Below are positions 1 to 12,900 of a stretch of DNA of 64,000 nucleotides, in pieces. Source of the DNA: Raillietiella orientalis (taxonomy: Eukaryota); assembly GCA_036172245.1 (NCBI GenBank), contig JAYWIR010000002.1, forward strand, positions 7,378,001 to 7,442,000. The letters run 5' to 3'. The position numbers and the translations under genes are program-made. Each line of letters begins with the position of its first letter. The first letter of the stretch is position 1. The notes under the pieces are model-generated. The model searched no databases and was not told the DNA's origin. It saw only the letters and a program-made list of their open reading frames with translations.

Positions 1-19
1 AGCTGCAGTTCCCTTTGGG

Positions 20-400
20 GATCTCCTCCGGTTGTGAATGTACCCGTGGGGTATCTTGGTATGCCTCTCGGGAAGTAGCCTCTCCAGAGTGTCAGAAGCT
101 CTCTGCTCCCTTCTGGGAGCGCCCCTCAAAAAAATTTGGAAGCGTCCCTTCCGGGTTCCCTTCAGAGGAGGAGGAAACGAGACGCGGTTCCCTCGCAAAG
201 AAATTTTAGGAGCGGATCCCTTCCGAGTCCCCTTCCGAGAAGAAACAGTGGAGCGGCCCCCTCCATGAGGTCTTTCCAGAGAGAACAAGGAAGAGGTGGT
301 TGCCTTCCGGGTTCCCTTAGGAGACAACAACAGCTTTCCAAGAGCAAGAGGAGCGGACCCCTTCCTCTGGAACCTTCCTGGATTCATAGGGTGGTCCGTC
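20..400 (+). repeat. Dispersed repeat with internal CCCTTCCGGGTTCCCTT-like subrepeats; related inverted copy at ~19790-20060
   Basis: gggagcgcccctcaaaaaaatttggaagcgtccctt matches the reverse complement of aagggacgcttccaaatttcctagaagggcgctctcc at ~19938-19975; several local subrepeats. Confidence 0.6.
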
Positions 401-3400
401 AGGGATTATCCCCTGAATTGAAGGGTAATACACACCCTCGTGGGCAGTGTTTGAGGAGATTCGTGAGTCCCCTCTTTCTTCCTCCCCTCCCTGAGGAGGT
501 GAAGGGTTCTTCAGAATTGTTTGAGAACCAAAAAAAGAAAAAAAAAAGGCCGGAAAGGAAACGAGGAAAACCAAGGAACCCAGAAAGATTCCCACGACCC
601 AAGTGGAATGTTGAGGACGTAACGACAACAGGTACACTCTTTGAGTGTGTGGTTTAACAGACTTCTCAGTAGGCGCGCTGACTGCGCGTCCCGAGCACGC
701 TGCTTTCTCCCGTCCTTCTTTCTTTTTTCTTCTGGTTCTCAATGCAGGATTCTGTCATCAGCCGCAGTACCAGAGTTTTGCTTCAAGCCACGAGTGCTTT
801 CGTTCTTCTAGCATCATGAGCGAAGTTTTTGAAACCCATGCCTCCCCGAGTTTCCGCGGCTGCAGCAGATTCACAGCAAGCGAAGCGCACGCAGCTGCCT
901 GATCCTCCTCCTCCCTACGAAGCCCCAGCGAGATGAAACTCCGCTGGTCATCGCGCAAATTTCAGCTCCGAGCTGCGCGATCTTTCTCACGGTTCACCCA
1001 CGGGACGTGTCGGTCGAGGTAATTAATGCTGCAGATGCTGACGTCTCCGAAGGTCTTCTTTCGCGTTATTCGAGATTGCAATTTCGAATTGATGCGAGAT
1101 TTTCCTTCTGCTGCGAAATTGTTCGTGCTGAACCTTCCAGAGCTGCCGAAGGTTTCTCGAGGGCTGCTCCTTTCCGACTGTGCTCTTGCTGTTGCACATC
1201 TCTTCCTATTTGCTGCATCTACACGCCGTCTGAGAGGGGTTCCACGTTGGAAACTGTGATCATTTGAGCATAATGAGTTAGTCGAGTTCGTTTTTCGAGT
1301 AGTTACTATGGAGGCGCCATTTCTCATTATTAGTTTCCTTCTTTTCCTTTACGATATGCTTTGGATGTCCGTTTGAGAAAAAGAGAATGCTTCATCCCAG
1401 TTCCCAGATGGGACGCACCTGATTTTCCTTCCTTCCAAGGTGCGCACGTGTACTCCGGAGAACGGATCTGAGTTTGAGGTCTTGAAGTGTGCCGGTCGTG
1501 CAGCACGCGAACATCCGCAGTGTCTGAGTGTTTTTTGGTGAAATTCCAAAGTTCGTTGTAGCCTTCCGTGTGAATCTCGAATTTCTCTCCGAAGTTTTGC
1601 TGCTCCTGGAGGAGTCTCGCGCGAGACTCCAGAGCATGTGTTACGGTTGCAGTTAATTCCATCAGTTCTAAATATTTGATGATTTCCCCATCACTGAGTA
1701 GAGCCAATTTATTTCTGCCCGCTTTTCAGCAAGGTGAAATATGGAAAACTGATTAAATTTAATTTACAAATTACATTATTGCGATTTTTTTCTTTTTACG
1801 AGTGAGTTACTGATCGAATAAGCCAGATACCGAAACGGAGCGTTTCTTGTTAGCTGGGAACTGAGAGTCGCATAGAAGCAATCCAGCAAAAATCTAAAAT
1901 TCGCTGCCCATGTGGCCCTCGAAAGAACCACTCAAAGTCTAGCATCTCATTAATGATTATTTATTCATCAAGAAGAATCGCTAATTGTACGGGAACCTAA
2001 TTCGGTGTTGGTTAGACTCTATTCGTAAAACATGGTGATTATCTGTAGCAACAAACTGATGGAATAATCTGTAGAAGACAATGGTGAATGAAACTAAGGT
2101 AATTTTTGCCTAGTGCGAATGGTCTTTGCTTGAGTTGTGTACAGTGGGGGAGGTTTTTGAGAGTATTCATATTATTTAGTGGCTTATGTGAATACTTCTG
2201 TTTAAGTAATTTGATGGGTCATTGTGCAATGAGGCAATGAGAGCAATCTAGAGTGCAACTCAACACGCATTGCAAGCATGCACTAAAGAATGGTCATCAC
2301 TGAATCGATCCACTTGTGTTGACGGGACGCTTGGAGTAGGATGTCGCAGAGAAAGGATTCATAATATTCTATCCCACCTGAGAGACAAAAACATACGAGG
2401 ATGTTTCCTGAGAAAGTGCTTTATTAACCGTTCATCCACTGCAAAATAAACCTAAGAAATTAGAAAACAAGAGATGTAAAAGACACAGGAATAGGAACAG
2501 GTATTCATGGTATTTAATTAGATTGGATGCAATCCTTCTTGAAGCATAATATTATTCTAAATAATGTCAGATTACGTGAAATCACTTCATACGTTGGAAA
2601 TATTATCACATATTCGTGGAGTAGATGCATCCTAATTCATTTCGGACTCCGGAACTTCTGGCATTCTTGTGAGGAAGAGGAACTCAGCAGTTGCGATCGG
2701 AGTCGACAGCAATCAAAAAAACTCCCAGCATCTTTTCCAATTACATCTGCTGTTCCTCTGCGAAACAGAACCGGATTTGTTCTACGACTTTTGGAAAGAA
2801 CAGTAGTCCTCCTGAAGTCCACAAATACAGCGTTTATTATTTTTACTTATTCCTCTCCCCCCCCGATCGTTCAGGTGTCCCGCAGACTCATGGAGCTTTG
2901 ATTTCAGAATCTTCGCAGAATAGCTGGTCCATTTCTTCCGTTCTGCATTCATGCACTGGCTTCCTTCCGTCCTGGTTGATCTGGACGCAATCAGCAGCAG
3001 GGAGTCGTCGACGGCAGCCGAGAAAATGCTCCTCTCCCCAGGCACGGACAGGCTCCCCGTTTCCACGAAACCGGAATCTCCTTTCAAGGAGTGCATCTTC
3101 ACGTTTTCCTTATTCTGACTAGTTAAGAGGAAAGGGCACAACCTCGAACGGCCATCGCCATTGGTTCCTGGACCTTGATGACTTGCCGGAAGCCGAACAT
3201 TTCTGTGCTCCTTGTTGCATATGTAGATACGTCCACGCGGTCGAAGACCTTAGCGATGCTCTCCCTGGCCTGCTGCGAGGTGAAGGTTCCATCTTGGACT
3301 CAAGAAGATCGCGTTTCTGCTGCTATACGGAAGTTTCTGCGCTTCGATGAGGTCCAGAAACGATGGCGTGCAGAAAAAAGACCGGAGTGAGAATGTTTCC

Positions 3401-4854
3401 GTGGCTCGAGGCTGCTGCAATTGTGACGAACATCCTCCCCTTCCTGGGAATTCCATGGCGGAGACTCCCGTCGCTCCTGCTATCGAAAAGATCTGCATTC
3501 CGACGAAGATTCCTTCCGCGTGGTCGAATTCATACAGGTGGCAGAATGCGAACGCGTGGACGTCGCTGAAGACGGCTCTGGAGCGGTAGCTGTTCAAAGC
3601 TACCGTGAAGACGACATTTTCCTTCTCGATCATCTGAAGGTCCATGGTTTCTTCTCGCTGCTTCCATGCTTTGAGTGAGTTCGTGCGCTCCTGCCCGCCG
3701 ATCCAGAAGGAAGCCATGATCTCTTGCGATCCACGTTCCGGTGGGTTCAACAACCGCGAGCAGCTGAAACCTCTGGGTGAAGGCCACCACGCTAATTTCC
3801 TCGGAGGAGTTGTTGAGATGAAGGGTTTTTGCCATGGAGGTAGATTCCGTCTTCCTGGTTCCACCTGAGCGATTTCATGTGACGCCGTCCGGATAAGTCC
3901 GTTCGAATGAAGGTAAAAGCAGCTCTACTCCGCCCCGTTGCGGTCCAGCAGTTGGTTGCCTTGTGATCCACCGTCGCCACCTCCATCGGGGTTTGCAGCG
4001 CAAACTCCTGCAAATACCGCATTCCCTCTCGGCGTCCTCCGCCCATTCGATCCACGTGCACATAGAAAGATACGAGAATGATGTATTTAAACGTCATTCC
4101 AGTCAGTAGTGGTCCTTCGACACGAAGCGATCTTCCTACTGTCTTTGTGATGGTTTCTCTTATGCGAACGACCTTCAGACTGAAAAACTAGTCGCTAAAA
4201 AAGGTGCACCCCTTTCTCTGGCAAGTTGGGTCATCCTCCGGTTTTGTTTCCCCTGGAGATAATCTTATAGCTGACAGGGCTAACGAGTTTCGTTTGTGTC
4301 CTCCCTGATTCTTCCGGGTTCGGTGTCCTGACCCAGGATCACCACTGCCTCACCTCTGGTGAGAGAGAGTCCGTGCATTACCTGCCTTGCACTTCGAGGA
4401 CCTCGCGACAGCTGCCGCGTCTTTCGGCAACTCCTCGAAGCCCAGGCATGGGCAGTGTCTCTCTGTGGCTCGACGTGTCTTCAGCTCACCATCCGTGACT
4501 CCCACGTTCGTGTCTGGAAGGATTCCCAGCAGCTTCGGTTCCCGTCTTCCCGGAGAGAGAGTGTGGGGGAGTTCGAGATGCGGTGTGTCGTGGCCCGTGT
4601 AGAAGGACGGAAACGCACATCGGCGTGCTCTCCTCGATGCTTATCTGGTTGACCTTCAACAGTTTCGTCTTCAATCCACGTGTTTTCTCTGTACTTTGTT
4701 CTCCAGAATGCCTTCAAGCTGCACTCTCTTTGCCTTTCGAAGGGGTCGTTTTTACCTTCTATGCTTCTCTACTACTATTTTTTGCTTTTTTTTTTTTTTT
4801 TATCTACGAGTCAGTGAGATAATTTGCATTACACATTACTTCATCTAGTGCCGA

Positions 4855-5687
4855 TCAAAATCCGGAAAGATAATAAAAAACATAAAATACATAAGCAATA
4901 TATGTTATAAAAAGCAAATATAGATGTTTATTATATATATTAATGTATGTATTCATGTATAGATTGTTATATATATACAAATCATGCATATATTCATGCA
5001 TGTACAAATTCATTTTAACATACACATTTTTATAATTAATAATATGCGTTGATATAAATTATTGATATGCATATTGAAGAGTATAAAAATATATGTGTTT
5101 ATCATATATGTTGTTATGTGGAATAAATATATATGGAAGGCATTTATGAATATGGAATTATAAACGTATGCATTCATCGAATGATCAAAATCCCGAAAAT
5201 GGAATTCGCCGTTTACCGAGGAAGTTCAATTTATGGAGCGTTGGAAATCGTGGGAAAATAAAGCACAAAATTTCCATTCTGTTTTTCAAATTTGTTCACC
5301 TTTAATTTTTTTCCATTACTTTTAAGTCTCATTAGAATTCTTTACTTTTTGCAATTAGACATTTGCATTTTCATATATATATTAATGTATATAATCGACA
5401 CATGTACCTATTTTCTTAATCTTTAATATATATGTTGATAATCCATTGATTCATCATATTAATTATATCGATTATATGTACGTTGATAAATATAAGTAGA
5501 TATGTATATGAAAATAGATTTGTGTATTAACCTACATATAAATATATATATACATCTCAATAGACACAATAAGCATTATACGTATTTTTTGTAATTTTCA
5601 CAATATGTATTAATCTCTATATAAATATTCATATTAATATACATAATGAACATACGTATTTATTCTCAAGATCCTTCGGGATTTTGA
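4855..5687. mobile_element. AT-rich putative non-autonomous DNA element (MITE-like)
   Basis: Very AT-rich block bounded by 17-bp imperfect inverted repeats tcaaaatccggaaagat / atccttcgggattttga (15/17), with a third motif copy at ~5185. Confidence 0.45.
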
Positions 5688-6038
5688 ACCAGCCTTATTC
5701 CATCGTACCATTTTCATGCTGATGACAAACAGCCAACTTCTTTGAAGCCTCTTCAGGGTTTGGGTTTCTGTTCCAGGAAAACTCCGAGGAACAGAGGCAG
5801 TGCCAACGGCGTCGAAGGAAACACTGCCTAGGCAAAATAGGTTCTGAAGCCGATACGGCCCTTAACGCCTACTCTTTGCTGCCACACGTTCTTGGTTCTC
5901 CTGTCATCAAGATTCCCCGGCATGGGTCCGTTTCCCTCTTGGATGAGATCGTCTCACAGGATTCCAGACTTTGGCGGCCATTTGCAGAGCCATCCCAGAT
6001 TAGGGGGAGGGGGGAACATTACTTGTTTCCAAAAAAAA

Positions 6039-6043
6039 ACACG

Positions 6044-6100
<57 letters not shown>

Positions 6101-6117
6101 ACACACACACACACACA
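6039..6117. repeat. (CA)n microsatellite
   Basis: Read directly from the sequence. Confidence 0.98.
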
Positions 6118-9100
6118 AAACCATCTTGGATGTGGCATGCAGTTTTTCTTGAAAACCGAATGGACAGGAGATCCGTTTTCAACTGCAGGTCTCCTAAGAG
6201 TCTGTTTCTACTGTTTCTCTCGAGGTAAATCCTCTTGGGACAGACAATCGTCTGAGGTGGTCCATTCGTTTTCGCCTCCAAACATTCAGAGAGATTGTAG
6301 AGGAGAGACGGTCATTTCTTTTCAACTGCAGTTTGCCCAGAGTTGCGGTGGGTGCTTCCATGATAATTCATCTATCATCCTGTGCTTCCATTTACCCACC
6401 ATTCCTCTCACTGCGACATGTTCCCTGCCATCAAAAGTGAGTCACGCACCACGCATCACTTCAGCAACTCTGTCTTCACCCAAGTAGGATGCAGAACGAC
6501 GTTCCCAGTCGCCACAGCAGAAGCAAGGAGTCTCACTGATTCAACGAAAATCGTCAAGAGGTCGTATTTGCTCCTTGTAATTGAAGCGTCGCAATGAAAG
6601 CATCGCTTCTGACGGCTGCTGTTCAGTCTTTTCTTCAGAGTCCTCAATCCCATGAAAATACTTATTCCATTTTCAAAGCCAGAAATGAGACTTCAGCAAG
6701 TTGTCTATGCCAACTTTTTCGTCGCAGTCACACTAATGACTCCTCATCCTCCTCCTTTCCTTTTTGAGACACTTGCGTGTGTTCGTGCTTCCAGGCCGTT
6801 CCCCCTGTTTCTTTTCATACAGTCATGGCGCAAATGGCTTCCGCTGCTGCTTGATTTGCAATGCAGCTTTGGGATCTCTGCTGAGTGGATTCTTCTGTGA
6901 TGGCACGAAGGAGCATAAACTGGTATGGAGAGCCGGAACGTTTCCAAGGGAAACTGCTCTGTTCACCTGTCCCCACTGCAACCGATTGAAGCTGAACGCA
7001 AGGGTTTGCTCCAAGCAGCGGTGAAACCGCACTTGGTGGTTGTATGAGGGGAAGGCATTCTCCATCTGGAAATGAAAGAATCCATGTCGAGCTTAGCGCG
7101 AAGAATCAATAGAATCATCTTCAACGAGCCTTGCACACGCTTTAGAGCAGGCCATGCTCGGGGCTCGCTGAGGAATTTCGGAAGAGAACGTTCGTTTTTG
7201 CAAATGGCAAAGGAATCGTCCACGATAACGATCTTCAAAAACTTTCAGATGATGATACTGAAGCCTCTGCACCGTCGGAATAATGCTACAAATCGAAAAG
7301 TGGATTCCTGTGGATAGACGAGTTGGCAGCCCTGCTTAGAAAAAAATAAAATAAAATGAAATTGATGATCGTGTGGAAATACTACGTAGAGGTAACCCTC
7401 TATCTTGTTCATTTAGGAAAGTTCAGGGACTACAGCAAAGTTATCGTGCATCTCTGAAAATATGGTTGAGAGACATTGCTATGGGGCATTACCTAACAGC
7501 ATCTGTTAGAAAAACCATGAAGCTCCCAGAGATCAAAGAATATGGAGCCGGTAGGAACGAAAATGAGCAGATACACGAACGACGTTAGCAGTTTTCAGCA
7601 CATTTCAGGAAAGCGAGCCGAGTGAGAACGGAAGTTTCATCTTCTCTGGTTGAGGAGAATTTAAAAAGCATCGGAAAATGTGATTAGGAAAGGTCCACAA
7701 TTAAGAATAGTCCAGTCCAGAATGATGTGAAATACAGAATAAGGTGCGGAGACGATTAAATCTGTATTTTCGTCAGATTATTGGGGCCGAAGAAACTATC
7801 GGGACATTCTGGCACTGAGCAGCACGTATCGAAATGCATGATCTTGATCCTCGTCATCATCATCCGATGAGCACTCATGAGGAGGTCATCACCCACTCGT
7901 TGCAACTGCTGCGTTCGGGTTCGGCAATGGTCTAATGATGTAGTACTTTCTGGCAAGCACAAAAAAAGAGTTATGCAGTCGAGAATTACGTAACTACTCG
8001 ATGGTGTTGGCTGGATGCAAGCTCTTAAGCATAAGGGATCAACCCTACCCTTATTTGGATGGGATTCGTTGGTTCCACCTTGCTGATTGAGAAGCTGAGA
8101 TTTCTGGTTGCTGGAAATGCTCACAGTAGGTGGGAATGATGCTTTGAAAGTCTCGTCCGTGATCACAAAGAAGTTCCGTAGACATTTCCTTTGCATGAAA
8201 ACTTGAGTGGAGTAATGGACACAGGAAACGAAGCGAACTCGTAGATCAGGGAACCATCCAGAAGCAAAGGCACAGAAGCTCAGTTTGAAATGAAGAGGAC
8301 ACCATAACAGGATGAGACCAGTCTGCTGCGAGTGATGGTGGTCCTTGCTCACGAATAGCCTGTGGCGCAGCTCTGTGCTGGACAATGTGCCGTACACTTT
8401 CACAGATTGAAGCGACGGGCGCAAGGTCTGAAGGGTAATCATCGTGCTCCCCCAAGATCAGCAACAGATTAGAAAATCAGAGAAGGAGCGAATAGGGAAG
8501 CAACCGTTGTTTCTATAGGAAAATTTCGCTAATGATTCGCGTCTAATGACGTATTACGAGAACTTTTGAGAGCTCACCGTCGAAGTCTTTTTGATCTGCG
8601 CTCTGCAGCAGCTGGAAGAAGACTGAAATAAGAGTTGTTGTCGTTTGTCCATTGAAGCTGGAACATTCTCCCCTACGATCTCTCTAATTTTGCGTCGCTC
8701 GTGTCGCGTGGCGCACGCGTAGGATGACGGTGTTCACTGCTGGTGCGAATTACCGTCGCCGCGCGGCAGTCGTGCCGGAAATGTGCTGGTCTCCTACCGG
8801 AGAAGGAACCCATGAAGATTTCCCAGTTCCTAGACTTCTTGCCGCTTCAGGGGAAGAGAAGCTTTTTCCGAGGCAGCAGGAGGAGAACGGAACAAGTCGC
8901 TCCGCAAGACGGGACCTCAATTCAACCCACGGCACGTGGAATTGCAGTCGCATTCCGCACAATCGAAATCGTGCTGAAATTCCTGCAAACTTTCGACAGT
9001 CGCCGAAGTGTTCTTCAACGGGGAGCATCCACAGAATGGATGGAAACCTTAGCTCCTCGGAAGTACTTTGCCGCAAGCACTCGGACGTGAAAAGGAGAAA

Positions 9101-9785
9101 GAACGTCCGGAAGCCCGAGTGGAAAAATCAGCTTCAGAAGGACACAGGTGAAGTGAAGTTCTTCCGGTTTCCCTCGTGGAAGTTCTTGCACCCTGCGTCT
9201 CAGCTGGATTCTTTTGCGCGCTACCGAATTGCTTCAAGGACAGCTTCGCCTCAAAGCTTCGATCCCCCGCCCCATTCTGAATGCGGTAAGATTTGCATCG
9301 AAATTTGCTCTTCTCTGAATCCTCAGCCTCCAAACGAACAAATCTGAAAAGAACGAAGGCACAGACGCCGACATGGATTGAAACAAAAGAATGCCAGCGA
9401 TATGCGACGCCCACAGAAAACAAAACAAAAACAGGGCACGAGCGCCAGGCAGGCTCCATAAAACTCAACAAACTAGAAGAGCCGTGCAACAAATTAGAAA
9501 AGAATTTAGAAATTCTCATTTCTTCAGTTTATTTGTGCGCGGAAACCTTTGTGCCGACGGGAGCATCTCCTTCCTCCTCCCAAGAATTTTTCATCATCTT
9601 CCGATGAAGGAGAAGTATCAGTGCTGCATGCGATTCAGATCCATCGTTCGGAATTCGCCTGTGACACATGCGTCCGTATGTGTGTGTTTTTTTTCTTAAA
9701 ACACCAACACCACGACAAGGTACATCCGATGAAAGCAGACCGGGCATTATTGTTTTTGATGTATATTCTCCAATGATCGAAGTTT

Positions 9786-9913
9786 TCATTCCAAGTGGCT
9801 GCATAAGTGTTTCTTGAGTGTCTTTACACAGCAGTGGTAAATCAAGATGGCTGCTTCTAAGAGAGATATTAAACTTCCGCCCATCGCCAAGCTGATAATT
9901 CCTCCAAGATTTC
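9786..9913 (-). CDS. DEG/ENaC exon 9 (TM2, stop)
   Basis: NLGGIISLAMGGSLISLLEAAILIYHCC...HLE-TGA after a gtttcag acceptor. Confidence 0.88.
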
Positions 9914-12900
9914 CTGAAACAAGGGATCTTGTAGTGAAACGAGAATCGTTATGCAGACTCAAGACCCCCCCCATGCCCCACTATCTTTCGCCTCGGAGGT
10001 GGGTGGTTCCAGGTCGCCCGCTCACGCGGATCGCCTCGTTGGGCCCAAGCCCAACGCTCCGTGCTAGCCCACGGCGCGTCTTTTCGCGAACGCTCTTCAT
10101 CGGAGGTGGAGAGGCTCGCAGAAGGGGCGGCTTCGTAGCATCGGAGAAGGACACTGGGCACCCACCATGCGCTGAAAATCCACCCGCACGGAACGAAGAA
10201 GATTTAGGCGAAAGGCGCCGAGTTGTAGTTCCGGCAATTTTTATTTTTATTTTTTCGCAGACGAATTTCTGTAACCTTGAAATTGGTCGGAGACAGCTTT
10301 GCTCCCCGCGCGTGTCAAGTAGGGTGGACCACTTGAAACGGTTTCATCTCAAGTCTCGCTACGTCTCGCCCGAAAGCTAGACTTTGGACGCGCCAGTTTT
10401 AAGAGGCTCGTCCTGTAACATGAATTTCATCGCAGTGCTGACATCTTTTTGCTACACACATAACGATAAACGGGTGTCAGATGACCAAGGAACCGTCCGA
10501 ATTCTACATTTCGTTTAGCTTGCAATCTCGTTCGACATTCTCAGGAATTCCAGCGACACGTGAGCATGTGAGCATCTTTCAGCACTCCTGCGCTCCTGAG
10601 CTCCTACCGGGGTCCAAAGATGCCCCTCGAACGCATAAATGTTGCATACACGGGCTTACCCTGGCAACTAGAAACACCCCCTTAGCGTTCTCTTGCAACG
10701 CGTGCAAAAAAAAAAAGGGTTTCTCCTTTGGGACGAGTTCCGACCCCTTCTCTCGGACGGTGCTTCCGAGTGGCAAACCAGCATATCTAAGACGGCCTAG
10801 GATCTCGTGTTTGCAGCCATTCGAATAGCAGTCGGCCCGATGGAGGGCGTCGCCCTGGGTGGGAGGAGGCGAGAGTGCGACGGTGGCAATGTCAGAGCAA
10901 GTTGGCACGGGGTTTGGGAGAGACGGCGAGTAGCATGGCGCCCGCGATCGGTGGATTTCGTTACGGAACGAGACGAAAGAGGACCTCCGCTGCTTTCAGA
11001 ACGAACCCCCTTAGTCAGGAGCAGCGGCAGAAGTGCGATCGAGGCTGAACATTTGCACTCCAAGGCTCCTGAGGAGCAAATGAAATATTGTGGGCTTAAT
11101 GGTATCACGAATCTGCAAATGTGGCGCTTTCGATGCTTCGAAAGCACGGCGTGCAACCTCTCAGAAGGAGCGTGCGGTGAATTTTGTTTTCACGGAAGAG
11201 GTCAAAGGGACGGGGGCCGAGAACCTCCTCCCGGTCTTGTGTCTTTTGGAAGTTAGATGGTTTGGAGTTGGGATGGAGTCATAGGGTCGCCTGTAGCATG
11301 GACCTGCTAGTTCCAGGTAGGTTCCGCAAGAGCTCGCCAAGGTGATGCGCCCTCACCGATAATGGCGTCGGCCAGCAATCTGAGTGGGGTTTCTCGCTAG
11401 GATTGTTCAGACGAAACTGCGAAGAGTGTTTGGATTTTAGCGCAGGCAAGACAGTTGTGGCAGAGACGACAGATTCTTATTTGCACAAGAAAGCAAACGT
11501 TTACTTAGCATCCCATCTCGTGAACGAACGAACCCAAATCGATTTCCAAAAATCGCGATGACGACGGAGAGAACCGAAGGATGAACCGTGCGGTGCTCTG
11601 GACTTCGTCAGGGAGATCGTGATCGAGCTGTGTCCAGACGGTGAAGGTGCAATGGGTGTCGGAAATTTCAACGAGCCGGAAAACGATTACAGGACAGCCA
11701 GAATGAAACAGTCAGAGGGAATGTCGAAAGAACTTCTCCGAGAGTCTTCGGTTGTGTTGGAATAGCACGAAACGAGTGAATGTGTGCACCAGAGAGTGAG
11801 GCAAATTCTATACTTAATGCCCTATAACGGTAGCTTTCTAAAGGTGGAGATCGTTTGCGAATTTATCATTAAACATGAAACAAGAAGGCCATTCAGTTGA
11901 CGTAAAACAGTACCCCCCAAAAGGCAACTCAGCGATTTTACATACCGATGAAATTTAAGAGATCCACTCCATGGTAGAGATTGTGGGTGATGATGTGATT
12001 ACTGAAATCAATGTGAACGTCTGCTATCACCTGGCTGAAAGAGAGAATCATTCGTTGCAGCTGCTGACAACAGCACGAGCACCCTGACAATCGGATTGCC
12101 GTTTTCTGTCTGCACCATCATTTCAGCGGCAACGGCCTCATCCGGCTTGGAGACATCCAAAAGGAAGGTTCCGTATTTATTGCATTTCAGAGGATGAAAT
12201 GCACAGTTTGATCCACAAGTTTTAGGACTGAATTTTCTGCAGACGCCCTCCTCGAGACGTGTACCAGCGCGCAGAGGGACTGTGTATTATAAACCTTCCT
12301 TAAAAAGCATACAAGGCGGCGTGACTTTGTGTTTAGCTGTTGTCAAGAAAAGAAGTTTCGCGCAGCTTGTGTTCTTGTCCCCTGCCCCAATTTCGAAGCG
12401 TGTGAACGGTGAAGGAAGGACATTCTATCGCAGCAAAGTCTTGCTTTGAAGCTGGCAAAATCGGCAGCAAAGTCTTGCTTTGAAGCTGGCAAAATCGGCT
12501 TCTGGAGCAGTGCCGCTGGTTCAAAAGGCTTGCGGGGACGAAGCCACGGAGGGTTCAGAAACCTTTTTCGGCGGCACGCGCGGTTTCGAGACGGAAGAAG
12601 GTCGGTGGAAGACGACGGACGCAGCGGTCGCCCAGTAGCCACGAGAAACCAGCAACGGCGTCGCCGCCGTTGCAAAGCTGCGCAAAGAGGACCGACGGCT
12701 GATCCCCCGAGTGACAGTGGAAACTATCTTGCCTGCGCTGGACAAGTACCAAAGACGGCAGCGGAACGTATGCGAGAGATGGAAGCGAAATCGTAGACGC
12801 GAACGTGGACAAGATCAGCAGCCAGAACTACAAAGCATGCAAGTGGTCCAACCAGAAACACGAGCGAAAGGTGTGCAACAACTGTTCTTGTTCAACCCGT

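Noticed and set aside
650..4100. Protein-like minus-strand ORFs (1330-1707, 3250-3864, 3792-4097)
   Set aside because: Possibly decayed coding sequence, but no family motif or splice-consistent model was found.
5876..6487. His-Thr repeat protein
   Set aside because: Artefact of the (CA)n microsatellite.
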